Assembly: GCF_024521635.1 (NCBI RefSeq)
Contig: NW_026250403.1
Location: 1,798,001-1,862,000, forward strand
Direction: 5' to 3'
Length of the DNA stretch: 64,000 bases
Source: Tricharina praecox
Lineage: Eukaryota
Positions 36,796-47,974 of this stretch are shown here, piece after piece. Position numbers and translations under genes: made by a program. The number at the start of each line of letters is the position of its first letter. Positions within the stretch are counted from its first letter, which is position 1. The notes beneath the pieces are model-generated. The model saw only the letters and a program-made list of their open reading frames with translations. It was not told the DNA's origin and made no database searches.

Positions 36796-37010
36796 GTTGG
36801 GTCATTGCAACTTGCAAGTAAGTATCATAGGAAGTAGCCATGAGAGGTTATTTGCTTCCATGTAGATGAGTCTGCCTGTGCGAGCTGATTATTCGAACAG
36901 GAAGCCTGTTTTCCTGACATACACGAAAGTGCAATGTAATGGTAGATGTGGAGAAAGCACCGCCCGATTGCTCAGCACAAGTAAAGGGTGTTGAACACAA
37001 CTAAAAGGAC

Positions 37011-37329
37011 CAGGCCCGGGAATCGTCCGTCCAGTTGGTTCTGGGCTATGCCCCGGCGGACGGGACCGAATTTGTCGGGCCCGGAATATCAAGGACTGTA
37101 GGAATCGGATGGAAAATATTCACCGAACTAAAGGATGAAATTTCGGGTTTCCGGTTAGCCGATACCGCACCAAAAAAACTCCGGACCCTACGGGGCCCCA
37201 GTCGGGCGCCGAGCATTTTGGACTTCGGACTGCACCGGACTATAGTAGTCCGGCAAATCCTCGCCCCGGATCGGACCGCGTCGCCAGGCCCTAATAGTCT
37301 TCCGTCCGGACGGACTATTCCCAGGCCTG
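37011..37329. mobile_element. Non-autonomous hAT-type MITE, 319 bp
   Basis: Left end CAGGCCCGGGAATCGTCCGTCCAG versus reverse complement of right end CAGGCCTGGGAATAGTCCGTCCGG (21/24 match); perfect 8-bp TSD AAAAGGAC at 37003-37010 and 37330-37337. Confidence 0.9.
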
Positions 37330-37462
37330 AAAAGGACCGCCAAAGAACCCATCATGATCAAAAAGTATTGCCACCGAGAAGCTGAAACTAACACACCAAT
37401 GACCGACTCTCCGAAAACAAAACGCAACAGAAATACAATGCCAGCGGGTCGCGGGCTGTCAA

Positions 37463-38385
37463 TCACTCCGTATTCTTCATCAATATAAGCTGACCATCGA
37501 CGATGCCAGCAATACACCTTCGCATTTGGTCCAAACTGAAGACGTTGCACATCTCGATTTCGATGTGCTTGAGCATCCAGGCGAACCTTGTGAAATTCTT
37601 CACACTTATCATTCGGACAGGAATAGAGCAGCTGGGCGTGCCAACTTGACTCCTTGGGGTGGATCTTGAGCTAGGCTAAGCTGTGAAACTTCCGGTTGCA
37701 GAGGCAGCACTCGAAGCCGAAGCCGTTCCAACTTCCAAGATTCTTCGGTAGCAAAGATTTCGTCCACCGTGTCTAAGTTGTAATAGTTAGGCAAATGATT
37801 CGTGAAGACTCCCTCCGCATCCTTGTTGTGGACAAAGCGGCAAAATGTATCGCAGTTGATACCATCGACACAGTCGCCACTCTCGAGCTGGCTGGCAAAG
37901 TGGCTAGCCAGCATGAATTTCTCGTGGCACCAGGGTCCAGGGACATGCCATGAACTTGCCGAGGTAGCCTCGGGAGACCAGAGGTGCTGGAAACACCGCT
38001 CTTGTCAGCGATGGAGCCGTCTCTAAAAGCGGAAAGCTGGACATGAGACGAAGTGGTATGTGGAGTTACAGTCGAAAGTCTTGTTACATGGCTTGCAGAA
38101 GTTATCCGGGCCGAAATGGCCAATGGCGGCCATGTGCGACTGACATCCCGCTTCGGTCGTGAGGGTGCGGTCGCAGGTATCACATCGGAAGGACGCTATG
38201 GGACTGGCCTTCAGATAACTGACAGCTTCTATGTGCGCCTTGCATGCTTCTAAGGTCGGGAAGAGCCGGATGTTAGAGGGTCCTTCTCCAGGGGGTTGGT
38301 GAGCCTGGTTGCCGTTGAAGTGATCCATGAGTCTATCCGCATTGGCGAAGCGGCGATCGCAGGGCCCACAGAAAACCGTTACCAT
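37463..38385 (-). pseudogene. Multi-C2H2 zinc-finger pseudogene
   Basis: CGPCDRRF..H...H, CDTCDRTL..H, CKPCNKTF, LESGDC; then a frameshift at 37726-37738 into WNGFGFECCLCNRKFHSLA*LKIH..YSCPNDKC..F..HIEIEMC with an in-frame TAG at 37671-37673. Confidence 0.8.
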
Positions 38386-38835
38386 GGCGATCGTGATTGC
38401 TGGTTGGGTGTGGGATGATGGTTGGACGGTTGAGTGATCGGGATGGAACCCGCTATTCTTTTCTGAAGCGCCAGCCCAGCGCTTAATGTACCTAGACCAT
38501 CCTAGATAACAAGAAAAAAGTGGATCGTTCTAGAAATTATGAGTCGAAAAGTGGTCTATCCTAGATAGATCCCGATTCATAAAATAATCACTTGGTGACT
38601 CCCGCTCAGCCAGGAGAGTTGAACGGGGAGCAATATGGAACCGGTAGCGAGCTCGCGGCCAGCGGTCGGTGACAGCCGGGTGGAAAAAGATACTTCTGCC
38701 ATTATCTCCTGGATACATTGATGAAATTTTTTAAAAACGAAACAAAAACAAAAAACACCTGCTCAATTCCCCCGAAAGATTCCACCAGCCACCGCTCAAT
38801 TCCCTCCGGCGGTATGAACCAGCGTATCGCCATCA

Positions 38836-39168
38836 CTATCCGGCTACCTTGGTCTTATGCCGCTTTTCAAATGACAAAACAATCAAAACACCAACCACAA
38901 AGAGGACCAGGCCCACTCCTATACACCAAGAAAAGGCAACACAAGCGTTAATTTTCTTCACTTCCACAAAGCGCACAACTGCGTAATAGGAGGGAGGATT
39001 GCCTCCAGGAGTGTACGGAGGTGGTAGAGCTGGGTTGGGCGGCGGAGTTGGCGGTGACGGCTCTAGTTCATTTGTTGAAACGGTTCGAATTGGTGTCTGA
39101 ACGGCTGTGGGTGGTGGAGGGCGGGGAAGACCCATCTCCAGGTCGATCAGAGCGTTCTCGTGCGGCAT
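38836..39168 (-). CDS. Small Pro-rich single-pass membrane protein with PPxY motifs
   Basis: MPHENALIDLEMG...PPPYTPGGNPPSYY..., C-terminal hydrophobic segment CIGVGLVLFVVGVLIVLSF followed by basic residues. Confidence 0.55.
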   Translation of the reverse strand: MPHENALIDLEMGLPRPPPPTAVQTPIRTVSTNELEPSPPTPPPNPALPPPYTPGGNPPSYYAVVRFVEVKKINACVAFSWCIGVGLVLFVVGVLIVLSFEKRHKTKVAG

Positions 39169-39693
39169 TGCTGTTAAACCTGTGTAATCAATCGATAGTG
39201 GTGAGATCTTGATAGTTAGATGTTTGGTGGTGAAATATTTTGTGGGAGTGTCTTTTGCAGGCAGTAGTGAGGAAAGATGACTGAGAAGTTCAGCCAATAT
39301 ATATACTTACTTTCATGCTTCAATGGTAATCATGGTTGTGGGGTTTCAATATTGTGACGATGGTGATGGACGGTATGCCGCCCATAGACCCACTAATCAA
39401 ACATTCATGGCTTATACCGAAGAGAAAGATCACGAACAACGTCAACTAGAAAGCTGAGAAAATATTGTAACATATGGTATATCTCGATTTTCCCCATGCG
39501 CATGAAAAATCCCATAGACACACCCGTCCACACCTCGACACAAAAAAACGATGCGTAAATTCCTCCCCGCAATGACTCCGCAGACCGCATTAACCGAAAT
39601 CCATTCTATACCTTAGAAAATAAATACCAAAGAACTACCTATCTTCCAGATGACGCACCGAAAACTCCCATGTCCGACACAGCCGTGGCAGCT

Positions 39694-41028
39694 TTACGAC
39701 CTCTCCCCACCGCCCGCATTTTGTTTCGCCTGATGCAAGTCTTAATTAGTATCGAGAACATGAACGTATGGCAGGGGTCCGTCATACCTGAAGTTTCTGC
39801 AGAGTGAGCAGAGACGTATGGTGGTTGTCTTTGAGCCTCTGATTTTCCTTCTCGAGCCTCTCCGCCCTCGTTTGCGCCTCCTTCCGCTCCGCCTTCTCCT
39901 CTAGTAACAGCTTCTCCAGCGTCTCGTAGCAGCTCCGGGGCACAAAATCTCGATAGAATTGGTATTGTGATTCCGAGGGCGGAGCGAACACACCCATACC
40001 GTCGTTGCTGATGGTTGGGGTCGGGGGAGGGCCCCTTTGCCTGATCGTGGAAACAGGTGCCTCGATGCCCATGCTTGACCGACCCGCCGGCGTGTCGCTG
40101 CCCAAGCCAAAAGGATCCATAACCGAGTAACTACGGGGGGCCTGTTGGGCTGCAGAGGGCGTTGGAGCGGGACCTTGAGCGATCTTCCGAACGCCGGCGT
40201 CGTGGTCGCTCTGCATATCGTTGCCGGCGTCGACTGTCATTTGCTGTCCGTGCGAGTCGCCAACCCGATAGCCGGTGGGCATAGCGTCCGGGGAGAAAAG
40301 GGGTTCGCGAGCGGGAGTGGTAGCGATACCGACGGCATTCGGTCGCGTCGAATTGACCGAAACCATCCTCCGTGTCGGATGTAAAGCGCTGCGTGCAGAC
40401 ATGGGTTCTTCCCTGTCACATAAGACGACAATATGCATCTCCTCGATAGCTCTCTGGAGCTCGTAGGCACGGATAATGTTCGGCGGACATGTTGGGTCGG
40501 TGGCTGGGTCGCAGAAACTGAGAAGATTGGCGAAGTGTTTCCGCAGGAATTTGAAATCACGGTGCTTTCTTCCCGCGCACGCCTCGTCGCATCGCCGGTT
40601 GTACGCAACCTCGACCTAAAAATGATGCAAGCGCGTCAGTGATATTTTTACTGAATGCCGGGGGATGACCGTACTGTCCGCCAGATGTCACCCATGTGAT
40701 GGCCGCTCGTAACCGTTTCCCCGACGGAATTTAGCATCCGAAGCTCATCGGTCTCGGTAAACTTCTGTGCTCCTTTCGGCTTGCCTCCGCGCTTCTTCTT
40801 CGGCATTGGGGGAGCATTCTCGGGCTGAGACGGATAGAGACCGTTGTGGTCGTGGCCATCAGCGGTAGAAGCATCGTCAAGAGTTGACTAATTTTGCTCG
40901 AAAAAAGGTTGTCAGTTCGGTTTACCTCGACGAGAGTGCACGGTGGAGAGCTAACTGAGGCGTACCATAGCTTCTTCCTGACTTTTGCGCTTGGTGCCGC
41001 TGGACCGAGTTACTGTCGTGACGGCCAT
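39694..41028 (-). CDS. Multi-exon protein with a Myb/SANT-like DUF6818-like domain and C-terminal coiled coil (3' end approximate)
   Basis: Spliced exons: MAVTTVTRSSGTKRKSQEEAM | ..KKKRGGKPKGAQKFTETDELRMLNSV..DIWRT | VEVAYNRRCDE..RKHRDFKFLRKHFANL..PATDPTCPPNIIRAYELQRAIEE; donors GTACGC, GTACGG, GTATGA. Confidence 0.7.
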
Positions 41029-43477
41029 ACGGAGCTGCCCGGAAGGCAGAAGTGGTGTGGAAGTGAGTTTCGATTGAGGTGGGAGAGTGCTTTCTTCTCG
41101 TGCCTAGCCTCGCGTCCGTTTGTCGTGGTGAGAGTTCGCGACTGGACAGAAATATTCGCTGGCTTTTACGCGGCGGCTGGGCGCTCGAGAAAGGAACGGT
41201 GGTGAACGACTAGTCTATTGCCCTTGGCTACACAGAGGCTAAAGGTCAGGTTAGAACCGCGACCCACGCAATGTCGAGAACCGGCTTCTATGGCGCGTTC
41301 TATGTTTTTTTCGACGCGAAGACGCTTTGCTTATGCATGCCTTTTCCGAACGAGCACGCGTGCCACTTTCGCAGGCGGCTTGGCTGTGGTCGAGATAAAG
41401 TTGGCTTGGCCGGGATTAGTGCTGTTGTTCTTCTAGGGCGATCGGCTTACATGGCTTGTCTGAGGAATTCCAATCAAGCGATACTTGAGGATAGTTGAAT
41501 GTGTGTCAACGAGAGTTCTAAGGCTGAAATGGCAGAGCACGACGGCGGCCTGGACACATCATATCAAGGTAGTTGCAATTGCTCATAATATATATATACA
41601 TACCGGCATATACCTACACCAGGCGTACATACGTTGACTCACCACAGGTCAGTAATTCGTATGCGTTGTGGTTGTGAGCATTGGTCCAGTTATCGAGGAT
41701 CTGATAGACCGTATGCGGACACGTCAGCGTGGACGATGATTTGTGTAACCCATTAGTTTCGTGCCCTTTCGGAGGCCGCGACCTGATCCTCCAAGTGGAA
41801 GTGGCCCTGTGGCAAACGACCAGGCCTTAGACACTTCTCCAGAAGCTAAACCTCGCCTACTTGCTAAAATTCTCTCCGTAGTAAAATGTAAAAGCGCATA
41901 TGACTCTAATGAGGCTGAGCGGTTAAACGATCCTCCTACCACGAGTGGCGTGTTTACATGGTGAGAAAGCGGAATATACGCTGGTCCAGACCTCTAGCCG
42001 TTATATCTCGAGGCACAACCGAGTCATTTCGACTTTTTCCCAGTTAGTATGTAGCCGGCAGGAAATCCCGATTGGTAGCAAGAGAGATAGTCTCATGAGT
42101 GTCATTGGAAGAAGACCTTGGCAGCGTCATCCCCGAAATTCCAAGACTTCAACTTGCAGAACTGGCACCTGGGTGCTGTGTCTTCGCATGAAAATTCTCA
42201 ACCGTTATACGGTAGTCCTGCTCTAGTCGGCCCCATTTCAAGCAAGTCATCTCGGGATCCGTTCATTCGCTCGTGGGTAGCATGGAAAATTTAATGTCGA
42301 CAAATTACCGATCAATGTGGCGATCAAGACGACCTCAGGTTTGAGTTACGCAGATAATTATCCTTCCATTTATTTACAAGCCAAACCACACGCACTACCT
42401 ACCGGTAGGAATACCCTCTTACTAGCTACCAAGCGCGACTATGCGGTATGAGAGCGGAAATTATCGTCAACTGGGAATTCTGCACCATGCGCCAGGTAGG
42501 TATAGGTCTTCTTTTCAATCGCTCCTGACTATGGGGATCCGCCACTGCACATCTCCATGTTGACATCAAAACCCAGCTTCTCATGATTTCTCATGTTGAT
42601 TATCACGCGTTTATTTCACTGTTTGTCACTCGATCGTTTCGCTGATTTTCTGTGTTTGTTTCACTGTCATGTTTTACTGTGGTTGGTAGGCACCGGCGCA
42701 GCAACGGGCCGTGGCGGTAGAGCTTTCTCTCTACCCCACGGAGCTGGTAGGAAAGGTCGAGAAGTTGGTGGTCGCCATTGTCTAGCAAGGCCGCATAAGA
42801 ATAAATTGATGTTCTCTCTCTCTCTTATGTTCTACTGTAAAAAATATTGTGTCTAGGCGGTATGTATCTTGGTGCCTATAAAAGTACTCTCCTTTCGTAC
42901 CAAGCCATCTCTCTATCTCTTACATAGTAATTATTAGAATACATTCTTACTTTCTTCACCGATGTTTCTAACATCTCACTTGAAGCGCGAGCGAGTGACT
43001 GCGGGGTGGCATTATCCTTCCAAGACTCTTCAAATGTAGCCGAACAGCTGCTGTCGCTTGAACCTGTTCTTTCACGGCGGCTTGCACCATACTATCGGCC
43101 AGGCATGAGAGCTGCTAGCCAGCTGACGTTGAAAATATGCCGCCGCAGGCAACATTTAGAAGCGCGGAGCGTACACAAACCCCTTCTATTACCTTCACAG
43201 TTGGAGAACCTCCGGGCCCGAGAAGTCAGTACTGCGCCCTTGAAGGGTCGTGACCTTTCGCATCCTTCTATAGAGTGAGATCGAAGCATAAGTAGGGCGT
43301 GCGGGTCCCACATCCCCCCTCCCTCCCTCATTCCAGCAAGCAAAGAATCCAGGGATCCTAACGAGAAAAAGAACTGAATACAAACTTCAACCTTCCATTG
43401 ACCAGCAATACGAACGACCTCACCTTAATATCAATCAGAAATACGAACAACTTCACCGAAACACACTACCTATCACA

Positions 43478-44212
43478 ATGTCTCAAGCACCTACCGGTTC
43501 CTCCGCGAATCCCGCGGAACTCCCGAACGGTATTCCAGACCACCGGGCAATGCCACCACCAGCACCTCAAGTAGAACAAGTTGCGGACAAAGGTGCGCCG
43601 GCTACGGGCGACCAGCCAAACCTCGACCAGCCCAACATCGACCAGATCATGCAAGACCTCACCTCGGCTCCGGATGGCGACCCTCTGCCGCTCGAGCAGA
43701 TACAAGCCTGGTTTCAGCAGCAGATCGACATGGCAGAAGCCTATAATCAAGCGGCAGAGCAGGCGGAGCACGCGGCCGAAGTCGAGCGTCTACAGCGCGA
43801 GGTCAATCGGCTCCAACACGAGGCCAACCCAGAGCAAGCGGCCGAGCTCGAGCGTCTACGGCGCGAGGTCAATCGGCTCCAGCAAGAAGTCAATCGTCTC
43901 ACCGAAGACAATACCCGCTTGCATTTTCAGCAAGGGGTACTTCTTATGCCGCCGATCAACCAGGGAATCCAGATCCCTATGCTGGAGCAGCAATTGCAGG
44001 TGGTGGCACAACAGCGAGACGTGTATCGCGCGAGATTTGAGGCATCGGTGGTCCGGATCAGGAATTTTGAACAAGAATATCGGATGAGTAGGGCCATGCG
44101 TGAACGCATGGTCCAAATCATTCGAAATTTACTGAGGCAGTTGGGGGAGGGAGATGATCTCCGTGGGCGTGGTGGGATTGGTATGGATTACTACTTTCGG
44201 AGGCACCTGTAA
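43478..44212 (+). CDS. Hypothetical coiled-coil protein with an internal repeat (AEVERLQREVNRLQ x2)
   Basis: 244-aa ATG ORF in a good context (CACAATG). Confidence 0.65.
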   Translation: MSQAPTGSSANPAELPNGIPDHRAMPPPAPQVEQVADKGAPATGDQPNLDQPNIDQIMQDLTSAPDGDPLPLEQIQAWFQQQIDMAEAYNQAAEQAEHAAEVERLQREVNRLQHEANPEQAAELERLRREVNRLQQEVNRLTEDNTRLHFQQGVLLMPPINQGIQIPMLEQQLQVVAQQRDVYRARFEASVVRIRNFEQEYRMSRAMRERMVQIIRNLLRQLGEGDDLRGRGGIGMDYYFRRHL

Positions 44213-44492
44213 GTTTTTTCGGATAGAGCAATTTTTACTTGTGGAGATTTGTCAATGCCTTGGTAGCTGAAATCACTGTCCTGTTGTTGTTATGAGGGAG
44301 TGGAAGTATTCTTAACAAGAAGATCGATTCATCTGAGTGATAGGTAACTAAACACGCCAACCATTCCCAAACTTGCATCCTAATTCCAAGCAGGCTTCTA
44401 GCTGATCTTACCAGCCACATTTAAAGTTGTCACAAAAAAAATGGTATTTTCATAGAACCTCAACACCTACGGAGGGGAAGCAAAAAAGAGAT

Positions 44493-44576
44493 CGACCATG
44501 ATGCGACTCGAACGCACAATCTTTGGTGAATTTCGTTAACCGAAAACCAACGCCTTAGCCATTAGGCCACACGGCC
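44493..44576 (-). tRNA. tRNA-Arg(TCG) with 11-nt intron, copy 3 (isodecoder)
   Basis: Reverse complement GGCCGTG...TTGGT TT TCG G [TTAACGAAATT] C ACCAA ...CGCAT CATGGTC G; 73 nt mature; TTTTTT follows. Confidence 0.95.
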
Positions 44577-45090
44577 TCTTATTTACAAATTTCCAGAAGT
44601 ACAGACTTTGAGCAGAATTCTTCTGGCTGCAAACCTACACAACGATGGAGGAATTGATGTTCCGCTAGCTCACCTTCTACTCGCCGACCTCTCTAGCATA
44701 AGAAGGTATGCACGCATTCTTATATCCAGCTCACAGGTCTAGATTGGACAAATCTCGAAGTCTTGGTCGTGGCTAAGTTACTCTACCGTGGGTGAAACGT
44801 TGTCCTGAAACTTCACGGTTCAAAGTTTACAGTCTACCATTAATAAGTTTAGCACATTCATGATGATTCTAACTTAGGTGTTCAATATATGCCCAATTCT
44901 ATCCGCCCCGGTCAACTTGTAAATTTCAATTCGCACCACTGAAACTTTTCTCGAGTGAGCACATAAACCCCCCACAACCCGTAACTTCACCGTGTCCCTA
45001 GCTCTTCCGCACCATTCACCATCCACCATTCACCACCTTCCTCCACCTCCAATTCTACCATCACCTCCACCAACAACCAAACATATCACA

Positions 45091-45462
45091 ATGCGTCCCA
45101 AAGGCACATACAAAGCGGCGCACTCGCTCGCGGCGCGCGCTACCGAGGCCGCGCAACACCGGGCGCGCTACACACCACCGCGGGTTCCGGTGATGCTCGA
45201 GCACGCGCGGAGCACGCAGAGGCATCGGCTGGAGCTAGTCAGCTCGGTGTTTCTCTGCCCGCCGGACCTGCGGCTGTCCGAGTTCATGTACAATGTCCGA
45301 CGCAAGACGAAGATGCCCGCGAATATCGCCGTGTTCTTGATGGCTGATGGACTGCTGGTTTCCCTGGCGACGACGATGGGAGAGCTGTATCAGCAGGCCA
45401 GAGATGATGATGGGTGGTTGTATATCGTCTGGACTGAGGAGAGTACTTTCGGCTGCGCTTAG
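45091..45462 (+). CDS. Divergent Atg8/GABARAP/LC3-family ubiquitin-like protein, intronless, 123 aa
   Basis: Colinear with Atg8: YKAAHSLAARATEA..HRARY, RVPVMLE, FLCPPDLRLSEFMYNVRRK, AVFLMAD, TMGELYQQARDDDGWLYIVWTEESTFG-CA. Confidence 0.88.
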   Translation: MRPKGTYKAAHSLAARATEAAQHRARYTPPRVPVMLEHARSTQRHRLELVSSVFLCPPDLRLSEFMYNVRRKTKMPANIAVFLMADGLLVSLATTMGELYQQARDDDGWLYIVWTEESTFGCA

Positions 45463-46743
45463 GGGAGGAAAGTGGCTTTCTGGAGTTTGTTGTTGAGCGA
45501 GGGAGAGGAAACTTCGGTATATGATGAAGGGGGGGGTTTTTTTATTGGGTTGTTAGTCGATTTCCAGCGAAATTTGTAGGTATTCTACTTATGCATACAG
45601 GCCTTTTGTATCTACTATGGCGGGCTCCAGGATGGTGACCAAGTCTGAATGGCAATGCCGATGAACAAGCCGCAAGTGTCTAAGCATCGGTGAGACGGCG
45701 TGCATGTTCTATCTAACTCTGCATCAAGAAGTTTAACTTTTGCATTTAAAACTCTGATACCGCCGGAAACATCGTTGACTTACCAGAGACAGAGTCTAGA
45801 ACTTGCAAACGCAACACACGCCGGTGAATAGAGTGCACCCGTTCTTCGTATCATCACTGTGAAACGGGTGTCCCTGCCGATATGCCCGTATTCTCAGTAC
45901 CGTCCATCTCGAGGTCTCCTTCGAGTGCCAATGACCGACGATTGACTGGGCGTGTTCTTGGACGGAGCTCGTTGCGTTTTTCTACATCTCAACATATCCG
46001 AGCTGGTACCGTGTGCCATATCGCACTTACCGGCCCGTCCTTCCCCAGCAATCATCTCGAAATCTTCCCAATCCAGCCCGCTCAGGATCTGCACATGTGA
46101 CATGTCCGTAGAACTGCCGCCGGATTTCGATTTGTTGGTCGGGCTCGGTGCTTTGTTTCGTGATGTGGTGGAAAGAAGATGCATGTGAGACGGAAATCTT
46201 GACGAGACGGGAATCTTGTCGAGATGCAGTCAAGTAGTACAGGTGAGAACCAGAATCCTGTGAATGGTAGTTAGCCGCCGATTGGTCGCCAGCCCACGCC
46301 AGACTCGCAGCCCGTCCTGCATACAACCTTATCGGGCCGCATGTAGAGTCTGCAACCCTGCCATCCTGCTGACTCGACGCGACCCTGCATGAGCATAAAG
46401 ACAAAATGGGAATGGCTACACCTGCCAACTTCATGTAAGGCTCAATTGGAATACATGTTGCCAAGGGCAAGTAGCTGCTACCGATCTAAAAAGGACGGCG
46501 GAAATCCTCAGCCTGGCCAGCCTGGGAGGACCCCAAGATATGGGGAAAATCGATCATAGCCGGGTGTCAACGAGTGATAAAATATGGATGAGTATGCAAC
46601 CCGATTGCCCGACCAGGCTAGGAGTCTCCAAACCAAACTTTTGCAATGCAAGATGAAATTGAGCTACAGCAAATCATGCAGTTCCTAGTAATAAAATCAA
46701 CCGAACAGTTGCTTTTACCACCTGCAAACCTGCCAAGAGCCAC

Positions 46744-47520
46744 TCACTCCCGCTTTTCCAAAACCCACCATCTCTGAATCTCGCCATCCACAACCTCGCT
46801 AACCCTCAATCCCGCCTCCTCAATCTCCGCTCTCCACCTCTCATCATCCCACCTGGCCAAAATACTCCACTGACATTCCCCCCTCCACTGCCGCTCGCCA
46901 CCCACCCACCTCTCAACCACAAACCGATCTGTCCTCACATCGCCCGCCCACGTCGCCGTCGTCGGCGTCTTCTTATAGACGATTCTATCCTCGCTCTGCA
47001 AGGCGAGCACCTCTGCCTGCGCTCCATCCCCCTCCCCATTCCCCTCTTCCTCGTCACGGAGCACACTAACAACCGCCACCCCACCCTGTCTCAACACCCT
47101 CGCCAACCCCTTCAAAAACGCCTTCCTCTCCTCCCTATCAACGAGATGCCCGACCCCGCCCGCTGCAGACACCGCAAGGTCCACCTCCACCTCCGGCAGA
47201 CTCGCAGCACTAGCACACACCCAGTGTACCTCCCGCTGCGTAGTCTCCCTCGCGCGCGCCAGCATAGCCTCGGAATGATCGACCGCCCAGATTTCCGCCC
47301 CATTGGCGGCAGCGGGCAAGGCGCGGATCACGGCGCCAGTGCCAGTGCCGATGTCGAGGATCTTGGGGGAGGGAGTGTGAGGGAATAGTCGGCAGAGCAG
47401 AGGCGAGATGGCGTCCGCTCCAGTGCCGAATAGTGACGTTACCCAGAGGTCGTAGAATAGGGGGAAGTACGCGTGCGTGTATGCGTATGTGGTGGGGTGC
47501 GTGCGGAGTTGCGAGTCCAT
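46744..47520 (-). CDS. Class I SAM-dependent methyltransferase
   Basis: Motif I KILDIGTGTG, WAVDHSEAMLARA, LARVLRQGGVAVV; likely start MDSQLR at 47520. Confidence 0.88.
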   Translation of the reverse strand: MDSQLRTHPTTYAYTHAYFPLFYDLWVTSLFGTGADAISPLLCRLFPHTPSPKILDIGTGTGAVIRALPAAANGAEIWAVDHSEAMLARARETTQREVHWVCASAASLPEVEVDLAVSAAGGVGHLVDREERKAFLKGLARVLRQGGVAVVSVLRDEEEGNGEGDGAQAEVLALQSEDRIVYKKTPTTATWAGDVRTDRFVVERWVGGERQWRGECQWSILARWDDERWRAEIEEAGLRVSEVVDGEIQRWWVLEKRE

Positions 47521-47974
47521 TTTGTTCTCGTGTGCAGTGATGCGGGGCGGGGATGGGAGGGCGGGAAGGCGGTTTATGTACACAGTGCACACTGAGCGGA
47601 GTGTTGCACGATGCGGGATTCGGAAAATCATACCCTCCGACGGCTGAGGTTGGCCCACAAAAAGCAATTATCACAGCTCAATCCGGCGGGCGGAATTGCA
47701 TGATTTGTTTTTCTTGTGCAGTCAGATCACGGTCGAGCGATCTAGATTATGATAGGATAACTGCGCACTGTTTTGTCTGTTGCTGTTGCATCGCACGTGC
47801 GCCGTCAAAAAAAAGAAAACTAGGGAAGAACCGAGTGATAGCTGTATTGTGCATCCAACGCGATGAGTTAACGATACATGTACGTATAAGAGGTATGAAT
47901 ATATCCAACAAATTACGCCCAAGACAAGAAAACTATGGAGTAGGTATATGGATAGACAATTCCAGCCTTGCGAA

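Noticed and set aside
41700-42300. Short ORFs upstream of the 43.5-kb gene
   Set aside because: Could not be assembled into a consistent spliced gene.
44992-45090. N-terminal extension of the Atg8-like ORF in the ORF track
   Set aside because: GTG start in a C/A-rich leader; the ATG at 45091 has a good context (ATCACAATG) and matches the Atg8 N-terminus.
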